Source: an uncultured Caenibius sp. (GTDB lineage: Bacteria > Pseudomonadota > Alphaproteobacteria > Sphingomonadales > Sphingomonadaceae). From it: 64,000 bases of DNA. The stretch lies in assembly GCA_964466155.1 (NCBI GenBank), contig CAYXMY010000001.1, positions 427-64,426 on the forward strand. The letters are read 5' to 3'. Below, in pieces: positions 18,957 to 28,762 of this stretch. The position numbers and the translations under genes are program-made. Position 1 is the stretch's first letter; each line of letters starts with the position of its first letter. The notes beneath the pieces are model-generated. The model saw nothing but the letters and a program-made list of their open reading frames with translations. It was not told the DNA's origin and made no database searches.

Positions 18957-20348
18957 ATGGCCGGGATCGTCGACTGGGGCGTGCATATCGCCGCGCATCG
19001 CCTCCCCCTCGCGCTGCTTGCCGGGCGCAAGGCGGAAGGCGGGCCGGAACGGGCGCTGGCCTGGGCGGACGAGGACAGCGTGACCATGGCGGTGGACGCT
19101 GCCCGCCATTGTCTGAAAGACCGGGCGCGGGACGCAATCGATCTGCTGATTTTCGCCACCACCACTTATGCCTTCGCGGAAAAGCAGGGCGCCGCGCTGA
19201 TCGCCGCCGTGCTCGGCCTGCCGCAGACCGTGCGCACCGCCGATATCGGCCATTCGCTGCGCGGCGGGGCACAGGCGCTGCTGTTGGCCGACGATGCGGT
19301 CAAGGCAGGGCGCGCCAGACAGGCGCTGGTGCTGATCGCCGATTGCCGCATGGGCGCACCGGGATCGGAACTGGAACGCAGCGGCGGCGATGCGGCAGTG
19401 GCGTTCCTGATCGGGCATGACGGGGTGGTGGCGGAGCTTTCGGGCAGCGCGGCGCATTCGGAAGAGCTGGTCGATGTCTGGCGGCGCAGCGGCGACCGCT
19501 TCACCCACCAGTGGGAAGACCGCTTCACCACGCAATACGGCTTTCTCGACCCCAGCGCCGCTGCCGCCGCCAAGCTGCCCAAGACGGCGGACGGCGCGCA
19601 CCGTGTCTGGGCCACCAGCGCCCCCAACAAGCGCGCTTCAGGCAGTCTCACCAAAGCAATCGGCGTGGCCCCCGCCGCCATGGTGCCCGGCCTGTTCGAC
19701 ACGGTCGGCTATTGCGGCACGGCGCAGGCCCCGCTCCTGCTGGCCGCCGCGCTCGACACGGCGGAAACGGGGCAGGAACTGGCTCTGCTCGCCCATGGCG
19801 ATGGGGCGGAAGCGCTGCTTTACACCGTGATCGCACCCCGCCCCGGCCATGCAGTGGCCGATGCCGTGGCGCAGCGTATCCCGGTCCCTTCGCTCCAGGC
19901 CTATCGCCGCGCGCGCGCGCTCGACACGGCCGAATATCCGCCGGTCGACGATCAGGGCATTTCCGCCACGATCCATTTCCGCGAACGGGCGGAGGATTTG
20001 CGCCTGCACGGCCAACGGTGCGCCTGCGGCGAACCGCAATTCCCCAAACAGCGCGTCTGCATCCGTTGCGGGGCGAAGGACCGGTTCACGCCGGAAGATT
20101 TCGCGGAACGGGGCGGAACGCTCGTCACTTATACGCTCGATTCCTTCTTCCCTTCCCCCACTCCGCCCACGGCGGTAGGCGTGGTACAGGTGGCGGATGG
20201 CCCGCGTATCTACATGCAGGTGGCGGGGCTGCCCAAAGAAGGCCCCACGCTGGGCATGCCGCTGCGCTTCGCCTTCCGCCGCATTCACGATGCAGGCCAG
20301 CGCCCGAACTATTTCTGGAAAGCCCTGCCCGAAAGGACCCTGCCATGA
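18957..20348 (+). CDS. HMG-CoA-synthase-like thiolase-fold domain fused to a C-terminal DUF35 (zinc ribbon + OB fold) domain
   Basis: Trimmed to MAGIVDWGVHI.... The N-terminal ~340 aa resemble HMGS/KAS-III-like proteins. The C-terminus has CACG-x8-CIRCG followed by an OB-like segment (GTLVTYTLDSF...VGVVQVADGPRIYMQV). Confidence 0.75.
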   Translation: MAGIVDWGVHIAAHRLPLALLAGRKAEGGPERALAWADEDSVTMAVDAARHCLKDRARDAIDLLIFATTTYAFAEKQGAALIAAVLGLPQTVRTADIGHSLRGGAQALLLADDAVKAGRARQALVLIADCRMGAPGSELERSGGDAAVAFLIGHDGVVAELSGSAAHSEELVDVWRRSGDRFTHQWEDRFTTQYGFLDPSAAAAAKLPKTADGAHRVWATSAPNKRASGSLTKAIGVAPAAMVPGLFDTVGYCGTAQAPLLLAAALDTAETGQELALLAHGDGAEALLYTVIAPRPGHAVADAVAQRIPVPSLQAYRRARALDTAEYPPVDDQGISATIHFRERAEDLRLHGQRCACGEPQFPKQRVCIRCGAKDRFTPEDFAERGGTLVTYTLDSFFPSPTPPTAVGVVQVADGPRIYMQVAGLPKEGPTLGMPLRFAFRRIHDAGQRPNYFWKALPERTLP

Positions 20349-21490
20349 GCCTGAGGGATAAGGCCGCGATTGTCGGCGTGGGCTGCACCCATTTCATGGA
20401 GAACTGGACCGGCAGCGCGGAGGATATGATCGTCGATGCAGTGTTCGAAGCCTATGCCGACGCCGGGATCGAAGACCCCAACCGCCAGATCGACGCGGTG
20501 TTCTGCGGTTCGCTCTATTCCGCGATGGGGCCAGTCGATGTGTCGGAAGCGCTCAAGCTCTACAAGCCGCTGACTTCGGTCTACAACTACTGCGCCACTG
20601 GCACCGAAGTGGTCCGCGCCGCCGTGATGGCGATTGCCGCCGGGGCATACGACACGGTGCTGGCCGTGGGTTATGACAAGCCCAAGGATCGCGGCGTCTC
20701 CGGCCCGCCGGTTGCGTTCCGCGGTGTGCGCGATCTGCCCGCCACGCCCGCCGGATGGTTCGCACTGGCCGCCGCCCCCTATTTCGCCAAGTTCGGCGCC
20801 GGGCGGGAAGAATTGGCACAAATTGCGGTGAAAAATCACCATAATGGCACCCTCGCCCCCAAATCCTTCCTCAAGAAGGAAATCACGGTGGACGATGTGC
20901 TGACTGCGCGGATGATTTCCTGGCCTTTCGGGCTTTACGATTGCGCCGCGCAGACCGATGGCGCGGCGGCGGTGATCGTCACCCGCGCCGATCTGGCGCG
21001 CAACCATCCCAAGCAGCCGGTGCTGGTGAAAGCGATCACCTCGCACTGTTCCCCCCACCCGCACACCGACCCGGATCACGATTTCCTGCGCTGGAAAGCC
21101 ACCGAAAGCGCCGCGAGGGATGCCTATCGCATGGCCGGGATCGACGATCCCTTCCGCCAGATCGATGTGGCGCAATTGCACGACTGCTTCACGCTGACGG
21201 AACTGCTCTCCTACGAAGACCTCGGCTTTATTCCCAAAGGCGCGGCGAAGGAGCACATCGCCAGCGGCACATTCACGCTGGCGGGCGAACTGCCAGTCAA
21301 CACCGACGGAGGCTTGAAAAGCTTCGGCCATCCCACCGGGGCCAGCGGCGCGCGCATGATCGTGGAGAACACGTTGCAACTGCGCGGCGAAGCCGGTGCG
21401 CGGCAAGTGCAAGGGGCGAAACTGGCGCTGAGCCACAACATCGGCGGCTATCCCACGGGCTGCGCCGTCAGCATTCTGGGGGTGGAATGA
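20345..21490 (+). CDS. Thiolase, SCP-x / lipid-transfer-protein type
   Basis: 381 aa. Nucleophilic Cys context (VYNYCATGT), HDCF, and GHPTGASGARM. ATGA overlaps on both sides. Confidence 0.85.
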   Translation: MSLRDKAAIVGVGCTHFMENWTGSAEDMIVDAVFEAYADAGIEDPNRQIDAVFCGSLYSAMGPVDVSEALKLYKPLTSVYNYCATGTEVVRAAVMAIAAGAYDTVLAVGYDKPKDRGVSGPPVAFRGVRDLPATPAGWFALAAAPYFAKFGAGREELAQIAVKNHHNGTLAPKSFLKKEITVDDVLTARMISWPFGLYDCAAQTDGAAAVIVTRADLARNHPKQPVLVKAITSHCSPHPHTDPDHDFLRWKATESAARDAYRMAGIDDPFRQIDVAQLHDCFTLTELLSYEDLGFIPKGAAKEHIASGTFTLAGELPVNTDGGLKSFGHPTGASGARMIVENTLQLRGEAGARQVQGAKLALSHNIGGYPTGCAVSILGVE

Positions 21491-22293
21491 GCGGGCCATA
21501 CGAAACGCTGGATATCCGCATTGCCGATCATATCGCGGTGCTGACCCTGTCGCGCGAGGCCCGCCACAACGCGATTTCCAGCCGGATGAACGTGGAACTG
21601 CCGCAAGCCTGGCGGCAGCTCGAAGCCGATCCCGCCGTGCGCGTGATCGTGGTGACGGGCGCGGGCGGCAAGGCCTTCTGTACCGGGGCCGATCTCGCCG
21701 ATCTGCCGAGGACGGAAGACCCCGCATTCGCGCAACAGCTTTCCTCCATCGGCTGGACCGGGCGGCAGAACGGCGTGACCAAGCCGGTGATCGCCGCGAT
21801 CAATGGCCTCAGCGTGGGCGCGGGCCTGCATTTCGCGGCGGATTCCGATATCGTGCTGGCCGCCGACCATGCACAGTTCGTGGACAGCCATGTGGCGGTC
21901 GGCCTGATCGCCGCGCTGGAACCCATCGGCCTTGCCCGGCGCATGCCTCTGGGCGCAGTGATGAAACTGGCGCTAACCGGGGGGGACGAACGCCTTTCCG
22001 CGCAGGAAGCATGGCGGCTGGGGATGGTGGACGAGATCATGCCGCTCGACGCGCTGATGCCGCGCGCAATGGAACTGGCCGCCAGCATCGCCCGCCATTC
22101 CCCCACCGCCGTCGCCCGCACCCGCGCCGCGATCTGGGCGTCGAAGGAATTGCCGCTGAGCGAAGCGCTGGAGGAAGGCTGGCGCCATATCCTGGCGCAG
22201 AACAATCATCCCGATCTGGCCGAAGGCGTGGCCGCGTTCGTCGAAAAACGCGCACCCCAATGGCGGGATCGCGATCCGGGGGACGCGGCGTGA
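21487..22293 (+). CDS. Enoyl-CoA hydratase/isomerase (crotonase) family protein
   Basis: VVTGAGGKAFCTGADL and NGLSVGAGLHF motifs. Confidence 0.9.
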   Translation: MSGPYETLDIRIADHIAVLTLSREARHNAISSRMNVELPQAWRQLEADPAVRVIVVTGAGGKAFCTGADLADLPRTEDPAFAQQLSSIGWTGRQNGVTKPVIAAINGLSVGAGLHFAADSDIVLAADHAQFVDSHVAVGLIAALEPIGLARRMPLGAVMKLALTGGDERLSAQEAWRLGMVDEIMPLDALMPRAMELAASIARHSPTAVARTRAAIWASKELPLSEALEEGWRHILAQNNHPDLAEGVAAFVEKRAPQWRDRDPGDAA

Positions 22294-23012
22294 GCTACGG
22301 CACGCTTGCCATCGCCCGGCACGGCGCGGTCGAAATGATCGCACTGACCAGCGCCGACGGGATGAACTGCTACACCCCGGAAATGGGCGAAGACCTTGTG
22401 GCGGCCCTGCGCGCAGCGGCGGCGGACGAAGATGTGGCCGCCATCGTCCTCACCGGCAGTGGGCGGGCGTTCTGCGCGGGCGCGCATCGCGATGTGCTGA
22501 CCGGCGCGCTCGGCCCTTCCGGCCTGCGCATCGGGCAGGAGGCCTTCATCGCCAGCTTCGCATCCGAATTCGCGGCCATTCCCAAGCTGACCATCGCCGC
22601 ATTCAACGGTTCCGCCGCCGGGATCGGCGTGACCATGAGCCTGCTCTGCGATCTGCGGCTGGCCGTGCCGGGCGCACGGTTGCGGCTCAATTTCGCGGAA
22701 CTCGGGATCATGCCGGGGCTCGGTTCGACCTGCACGCTCGCCCGCCTCGTCGGCCCGGCACAGGCCAAGAAGCTGCTGCTGTGCAGTGAGACGCTGACCG
22801 GCGAGGAAGCCATGGCACTTGGCCTGGTCGACGAAGTGGTTCCGGCCGACGCGCTGCGGGATCGCGCGCTGGCACTGGGGGAAGCAGCGGCGAAATCCAG
22901 CCGCGCGTTGGCCGCTGAAATCAAGGCGGCAATCGATGCCTGCGGCGAAAGCGATCTTGCCGCTGCCCTGCGCCGCGAAGCCGACGCCGCGAAACGGCTG
23001 CGAGGGGCGTGA
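22290..23012 (+). CDS. Enoyl-CoA hydratase/isomerase family protein
   Basis: GTG start in a GTGA overlap. VLTGSGRAFCAGAH and NGSAAGIGVTMSLLCD motifs. Confidence 0.8.
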   Translation: MSYGTLAIARHGAVEMIALTSADGMNCYTPEMGEDLVAALRAAAADEDVAAIVLTGSGRAFCAGAHRDVLTGALGPSGLRIGQEAFIASFASEFAAIPKLTIAAFNGSAAGIGVTMSLLCDLRLAVPGARLRLNFAELGIMPGLGSTCTLARLVGPAQAKKLLLCSETLTGEEAMALGLVDEVVPADALRDRALALGEAAAKSSRALAAEIKAAIDACGESDLAAALRREADAAKRLRGA

Positions 23013-23449
23013 TGGCGCGGCAGGCAATCCGCTTCGACGATTACCACGGCTTCGCCCGGATCGAGGCCCGGGGCTTCACCGCCTGGGGGCCGGACGTGCC
23101 GCTGGAGCGGGAAACGGTCGCCGCTTTCCTTGCCGTGACCGGCGCACCCGGCGATGGCGCGCAGATCCCCGGCGTCATGTTGCAGGCCATGCTGCCCCGG
23201 CTCGTGCCCGGGCACGATTGGGAGGTGACGGGGCATAGCGGGGCGATCAATCTCGGCAGCCCGACGATCCGCTTCCCTGTGCCCGCACAGGCCGGGGCAC
23301 GGCTCTGCGGGCGCAGCCGCCTGTCCGCCGCCACGCACCATGCCAGGGGCACCGTCGTTGCCATGGAATTCGAAGTGATCGAACATGGGGCGCAGGAGCC
23401 GTGCCTGCGCTCGATCATCGAACTGCTCTATCTCGGGCAACCGGCATGA
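23009..23449 (+). CDS. MaoC-like/hotdog-fold protein
   Basis: 146 aa, translationally coupled on both sides. The hotdog assignment rests on size, context and weak pattern only. Confidence 0.65.
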   Translation: MMARQAIRFDDYHGFARIEARGFTAWGPDVPLERETVAAFLAVTGAPGDGAQIPGVMLQAMLPRLVPGHDWEVTGHSGAINLGSPTIRFPVPAQAGARLCGRSRLSAATHHARGTVVAMEFEVIEHGAQEPCLRSIIELLYLGQPA

Positions 23450-24600
23450 CCATCGTCGGCAAAGTCGCCATCGCGGGCATCGGCCAGACGCCGTTCGGCC
23501 GGGGGCTGGCAGCGCCGGAGCGCGAACTCGCTTGCATCGCCATCGACGCGGCGCTGCGGGATGCCGGGGTCGATGCAGGCGAAATCGACGCCCTGTGCAG
23601 CTACACCATGGAAGCGACGCCCGATTTCGAAATCGTGCGCAATTGCGGCCTCGGCCCGCTGCACTATTTTGCTCAAGTGCCCCATGGCGGCGGCGCTGGA
23701 CCTGCGGCCATCGGCCACGCGGCCATGGCGCTCGCCACCGGGCAGGCAAAAGCCGCTGTCGTCTGGCGCGCGCGCAAACGCTCCGCCGCCGCCAGCCGGG
23801 TCTGGGCGCAATCGGCCGCCGTGCTGGAAGACCACTGGAAATGGTCACGCCCCTCGGGCCTGCTGCGCCCGGTGGATGAAGTGGCGGCGATGGCGCGCCG
23901 CTATGCCCATGAATACGGCGATATCGCCCCGGCGCTGGCCGAAATCGCCATGGCGCTGCGCGCTTATGCCTGCGCCAATCCGGCGGCGATGATGCATGGC
24001 AAGCCGATGGACGAAGCGGCCTATTACGCCTCGCGCATGGTGGCCGATCCGCTGCGCCTGTTCGACAATTGCCTCGAAACCGATGGGGCTGTGGCGCTGG
24101 TTCTTCTGCCGGTGGAACGGGCGCGCGATGCCCGGCACAAACCGGTGGTGATCGAAGCGTTCGCGCAGGGGATGATCCCCGGCCACCAGTCGATGGCCGA
24201 TTTCCACCGCGCCGATGCGCTGACAAGTTGCGGCCATGTCGCGGCGGAACAGCTCTGGCGCATGACCGGTTTCGCCCCCGCCGATGTCGATGTGGCGCAG
24301 ATTTACGATGCGTTTTCGCCGCTGATCCTGTTTTCGCTGGAAGCCTATGGCTTCGTGCCGAAAGGCGAAGCGGCGCGCTTCATTTGCGATGGGGGCCTGC
24401 GCCCGGATGGCGCGCTGCCGACCAACACGGCGGGCGGCGGCCTGTCGGAAGCCTATCTTCACGGGCTCAATCTCGTGACCGAGGCGGTGCGGCAAATTCG
24501 CGGCACGGCGACCACCCAGATCGCCGATGCCCGGCTCGCGCTCGTTACCGGGTGCGACGCCACGCCCAACGGCGCCCTGCTGCTGAGGAGCGACGGATGA
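23446..24600 (+). CDS. Thiolase-fold protein lacking the nucleophilic Cys (Ltp2-like candidate aldol-lyase)
   Basis: 384 aa. It begins KVAIAGIGQTPFGR like SCP-x thiolases, but the Cys position reads QVPHGGGAGP. The C-terminus has TNTAGGGLSEAYLHGLN. Confidence 0.8.
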   Translation: MTIVGKVAIAGIGQTPFGRGLAAPERELACIAIDAALRDAGVDAGEIDALCSYTMEATPDFEIVRNCGLGPLHYFAQVPHGGGAGPAAIGHAAMALATGQAKAAVVWRARKRSAAASRVWAQSAAVLEDHWKWSRPSGLLRPVDEVAAMARRYAHEYGDIAPALAEIAMALRAYACANPAAMMHGKPMDEAAYYASRMVADPLRLFDNCLETDGAVALVLLPVERARDARHKPVVIEAFAQGMIPGHQSMADFHRADALTSCGHVAAEQLWRMTGFAPADVDVAQIYDAFSPLILFSLEAYGFVPKGEAARFICDGGLRPDGALPTNTAGGGLSEAYLHGLNLVTEAVRQIRGTATTQIADARLALVTGCDATPNGALLLRSDG

Positions 24601-25025
24601 TCCCCGGCATCCCCCTCCCTTCGCGCGATGGCCCGTTCGAAGCGGGCTTCTGGGCCGCGCTCGACCGGGGCGAACTGGCGCATCAACAGTGCGAAGCCTG
24701 CTCCGCCTGGCATTTCCCGCCACGCTGGCGCTGCACCTGCGGCGGCGCGCTGACTTACCGGCCTGTTTCCGGCCGGGCACGGCTGTGGTCATGGACGGTG
24801 GTTCATCCCCCCGTCCTGCCCGCTTTCGCCCCGTTCGCCCCCTATCCGGTGGCGATTGCCGAACTGGCGGAAGCCCCCGGCCTGCGCATGGTGGGGCCAC
24901 TGGTGGAACAGCCGGGCGACCCGCTCAACCATGTCGATCCGGCGCGGTTGCGCATCGGCATGCCGCTCACGGCCTGCGTGATCGCCTTGGCCGACGGCGT
25001 GCGCTGGCCCGCCTGGCAAATCTGA
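24597..25025 (+). CDS. DUF35 OB-fold/zinc-ribbon protein
   Basis: 142 aa. CEAC-x10-CTCG zinc ribbon followed by an OB-like segment. ATGA overlap with the thiolase-like gene. Confidence 0.85.
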   Translation: MIPGIPLPSRDGPFEAGFWAALDRGELAHQQCEACSAWHFPPRWRCTCGGALTYRPVSGRARLWSWTVVHPPVLPAFAPFAPYPVAIAELAEAPGLRMVGPLVEQPGDPLNHVDPARLRIGMPLTACVIALADGVRWPAWQI

Positions 25026-25047
25026 ATTCTATCCCGGAGACAATATA

Positions 25048-26238
25048 GTGACAGTGGATTACGATCCCTTTTCGACCGAAGCGATGCGCGACCCGCACCC
25101 GATCTACAAGGATCTGCGTGCGGAAGGTTGCCCGCATTTCGTCGAAGCGCGGCGCGCCTGGGCTCTGACACTGTACGACGATCTCAAGAAAGCGAGCCTG
25201 CGCAACGCCTGGCTCGATTTCTCGGCCGGGCAGACCCCGGCGCAACTGATGCTGGGCGAACCGGTGCCGCACACGTTCATGACGATGAATGTGCCCTACA
25301 ACCGCAAATGGCGCGGGCTGTTGGAACCGTTCTACGGCGCGGGTGCGATCCAGAAGGAAATCCCCCGTCTCAAAGCGGCCATCGCCAGAGAACTGGAGCC
25401 TTTGCGCGGGCAGGATAGCTTCGATGTCTATCACGATTTCGCCAATCAGGTGATGTGCATCAACGCCGGGTACAATCTCGGCCTGCCGCGCGAACAGGCA
25501 ATCGCGGCGCGCAATCTGATCGACCGGATGATTCTCAACCGCGTGCCGGGGCAGGTCGGTTCTTCCACGCCCGACAGCCAGCAGGCGGCGGGCGAGCTGA
25601 TGCACCTGCTGATGGGCCACGTCGCCCATATGCGCGCCGATCCCACGGCGGGCGGCCCGCAGGGCAAAGTGCTGCGCGATGCCGAAGTGGATGGCCAGCG
25701 CCTCTCGGATCAGGACCTGTTGTTCTATCTTTTCAGCCTGCTGGTCGTCGGATCGGAAACCACCCCGATGGCGGTGGCGGGCACGCTGTATTACCTCGCC
25801 CGCCATCCTGAGCAGAAGGCGATGGTGCTGGCCGATCATAGCCGGCTGGCCGATGCTTTTCGCGAAACGCTGCGCTACGATCAGCCGACCAACATGCTCG
25901 CCCGCCGCGCGGCGACCGATTTCGAACTGAACGGGGCGGAGATCAAGGCGGGCGACAATCTGCTGTTCATCTACGCCTCGGCCAATCGCGATGCGAACCG
26001 CTTTGCCAATCCGGACCGCTTCGACATCACCCGTACGAACGAGGGCGATCTCAGCTTCGGCATGGGCGCGCATTTCTGCCTTGGGGCGGCGCTGGCCGTT
26101 GTCGCGGGCGAACTGATGCTGCGCGCGATCTTCGATCTGATCGAGGATTACGAAGTGATCGAGGAGGAATGCGAGCGCGCCTTCGGCGAGCATCTCAACG
26201 GCTTTATCCGGATGACGATCAGGCCGCGCTGGAAGTAG
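25048..26238 (+). CDS. Cytochrome P450
   Basis: Heme-binding loop FGMGAHFCLGAALA, I-helix VVGSETTP, ETLR (EXXR). GTG start. Confidence 0.92.
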   Translation: MTVDYDPFSTEAMRDPHPIYKDLRAEGCPHFVEARRAWALTLYDDLKKASLRNAWLDFSAGQTPAQLMLGEPVPHTFMTMNVPYNRKWRGLLEPFYGAGAIQKEIPRLKAAIARELEPLRGQDSFDVYHDFANQVMCINAGYNLGLPREQAIAARNLIDRMILNRVPGQVGSSTPDSQQAAGELMHLLMGHVAHMRADPTAGGPQGKVLRDAEVDGQRLSDQDLLFYLFSLLVVGSETTPMAVAGTLYYLARHPEQKAMVLADHSRLADAFRETLRYDQPTNMLARRAATDFELNGAEIKAGDNLLFIYASANRDANRFANPDRFDITRTNEGDLSFGMGAHFCLGAALAVVAGELMLRAIFDLIEDYEVIEEECERAFGEHLNGFIRMTIRPRWK

Positions 26239-26839
26239 CGCCGCCCACTTGCTTCAGCCCCGCCACGATGATCTTGGCCATCAGGCGGAAATCGTCGATT
26301 TCGAGATTGTCCGGATCGAAGAACGAGCGCTGCACCATCGGCCCCACGATCAGTTCATGCGCGATCGTGGGCGGTGTCGCAGCAGGCAGTTCCCCCCGGT
26401 CGATCGCGCGCTGGATCATGGCGATGCCCGATGCGCGGCGGCGGTTCACCGTTTCATGCAGGCGTGCGGCCAAGGCTTCGTTGTGCATCGCTTCGCTGAC
26501 GAGCGCGGGCAGCACGCTGGGGAGCGAGGTCGTGCGCAGAAATTCGTAATACTGGGTGATGTAAGCGACGATCTCCCCCTCCAGATCGCCGGTTTCGTGA
26601 ATTTCGATGAGCGGCAGCAGATCGAACGCCGCGATTGCCAATTCCTCCTTGGTCGCCCAGCGGCGATAGATCGTGGCCTTGCTCACTTTCGCGCGGGCGA
26701 CAACCGCATCCACCGTCAATCCCGAGAAGCCGACTTCCCCCAACAGGGTGAGCGTTTCTTCCAGAATTGCCTTTTCACGGCTGGCATCGCGCGGCCTTCC
26801 GGGCGAACGGCGCGGCGCAGGTTTCTTATCTGGTGCCAC
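26219..26839 (-). CDS. TetR/AcrR family transcriptional regulator
   Basis: HTH region (FSGLTVDAVVARAKVSKATIYRRWATKEEL). The start is uncertain: GTG at 26839 gives 206 aa, and the longest ORF runs to 26929. The 3' end overlaps the P450 3' end by 20 nt. Confidence 0.85.
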   Translation of the reverse strand: MAPDKKPAPRRSPGRPRDASREKAILEETLTLLGEVGFSGLTVDAVVARAKVSKATIYRRWATKEELAIAAFDLLPLIEIHETGDLEGEIVAYITQYYEFLRTTSLPSVLPALVSEAMHNEALAARLHETVNRRRASGIAMIQRAIDRGELPAATPPTIAHELIVGPMVQRSFFDPDNLEIDDFRLMAKIIVAGLKQVGGATSSAA

Positions 26840-27113
26840 GTATCGCTTTCCCCCGGTTTCCAAATCGACATTCCGTGTTTTTGCGATAGGCGGGCTATCC
26901 GGCCTGTTCAACCCTGTGAAAGCAAGCATTTGCAGGGATTGTCCGCTCTCGTTTCACTGGGGGGACCGGGGATAAGTTCAGGCATGCGCCCGATGCGGCA
27001 AACAGAACCGAAACCGCCAATAAGCGCTCCACCACCACTGCGAGCAGTTGCATATTGCGCTGCGATGCGGAAGCAGTGCAGGCGATAGAATGGCGGGGCA
27101 TGGAAGGCAGGGC

Positions 27114-28748
27114 ATGACAGCGAACGAATTCGATTACGTGATCGTCGGTGCGGGGGTCGCCGGATGTATCCTCGCCAACCGCCTTTCCGCCGATCCGCAA
27201 AACCGCGTCCTCCTGCTGGAAGCAGGTGGCAAGGACAACAGCCCGCTGATCGCCGCCCCCGGCGGATTGCTGCCGATCATGATGTCGGGGCGCTATGCCT
27301 GGCGCTATATGTCGGCCCCGCAGAAGCATCTGGATGACCGGGTGCTCTATCTTCCGCGCGGCAAGGTTCTGGGCGGCGGCTCGTCAATCAACGGCATGGT
27401 GTATGACCGGGGCATGCACAGCGATTACGACCGCTGGGCGCAAGCGGGCAATGCGGGCTGGTCCTTCGCCGAAGTGCTGCCCTATTTCCGCAAGCTCGAA
27501 ACCTACCATCCGCATGACGATGCCTGGCACGGACAGAACGGCCCGATCCAGATCACCCGCGCGGATCAGACCCATCCCTTTACCCAGGCGTTTATCGAGG
27601 CCGGGCAACAGGCGGGGTATGCCTGCAATCCCGATCTCAACGGGGCATCGCGCGAAGGGTTCGGCGCAGTCGATCTGACGGTGGGCAACGGCAAACGGTC
27701 GAGCGCATCGGCCGCTTATCTCCGCCCGGTCATCCGCCGCCCGAACCTGACCGTGGAGACAGGCGCCCAGATGCGCAAGATCCTGTTCGAAGGCAAACGC
27801 GCCACCGGCGTCGTCTATCGCCGGGATGGGGAAAGCGAAGACCGGGTTGCCCACGCAACCCGCGAAACGATCCTTAGCGCAGGCGCCATCAATTCCCCCC
27901 ATCTGCTGATGCTGTCCGGCATCGGGCCTGCCGCGCACCTTGCCGAACACGGGATTCCGCTGGTGCACGATCTGCCCGGCGTCGGCCAGAACTTGCAGGA
28001 TCATCTGGCCGTCCATGTGAAATATAAGGCGACCAAGCCGCTTTCGATGCTGCGCTATCTCAACCCGGTGCGCGGGGCCTTCGCTCTTGGGCAATATCTG
28101 TTGTTCAAGCGCGGCGTGCTAACGCAAACGGGAATGTCGGCGGCCTGCTTCGTCAAATCCGATCCGGCGCTGGATGAACCCGATATCAAGATGCTGCTGG
28201 TCATGGCGCTGATGAGCCACAACGGCCAGAAAATGGTGCCGATGCATGGCTTCTACGCCCACACCAATGTCGCCCGGCCCGAAGCGCGCGGCAGCGTGAC
28301 TTTGGCCAGTGCCGACCCGGACGCACCGCCGGTGATCGATCAGAACTATCTCGGCACTGAAAATGACCGGCGCGTGGCCCGTGCCGCCGTGCGCGCGGCG
28401 CGCGAAATCTTCCGCCAGCCAGCCTTCGATGCTTTTCGCGGCGAAGAGCTTGCCCCCGGCCCCCATGTGCAAAGCGACGAGGATATCGACGCCTATATCC
28501 GCGCGCAGGCGGAAGCCGACTATCACTCCACCGGCACCGCGCGCATGGGCAACGATCCGCTGGCCGTGGTCGATCCGCAATTGTGCGTCCATGGTATCGC
28601 GGGACTGCGGGTGGTGGATGCCTCCGTCATGCCGCATCTGCCCGGCGCCAACACCGGCATTCCCGTGGCGATGATCGCGGAAAAGGCGGCCGACATGATC
28701 CTCGGCAATCCGCCCCTTCCCGCGGCGGAAATTCCTGCAAGCGCCTGA
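27114..28748 (+). CDS. GMC family FAD-dependent oxidoreductase (choline/alcohol dehydrogenase-like)
   Basis: Trimmed to [28 protein letters not shown] signatures ([11 protein letters not shown]-terminal HSTGTARMG). Confidence 0.92.
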   Translation: MTANEFDYVIVGAGVAGCILANRLSADPQNRVLLLEAGGKDNSPLIAAPGGLLPIMMSGRYAWRYMSAPQKHLDDRVLYLPRGKVLGGGSSINGMVYDRGMHSDYDRWAQAGNAGWSFAEVLPYFRKLETYHPHDDAWHGQNGPIQITRADQTHPFTQAFIEAGQQAGYACNPDLNGASREGFGAVDLTVGNGKRSSASAAYLRPVIRRPNLTVETGAQMRKILFEGKRATGVVYRRDGESEDRVAHATRETILSAGAINSPHLLMLSGIGPAAHLAEHGIPLVHDLPGVGQNLQDHLAVHVKYKATKPLSMLRYLNPVRGAFALGQYLLFKRGVLTQTGMSAACFVKSDPALDEPDIKMLLVMALMSHNGQKMVPMHGFYAHTNVARPEARGSVTLASADPDAPPVIDQNYLGTENDRRVARAAVRAAREIFRQPAFDAFRGEELAPGPHVQSDEDIDAYIRAQAEADYHSTGTARMGNDPLAVVDPQLCVHGIAGLRVVDASVMPHLPGANTGIPVAMIAEKAADMILGNPPLPAAEIPASA

Positions 28749-28762
28749 TCGCGGGCAATACG

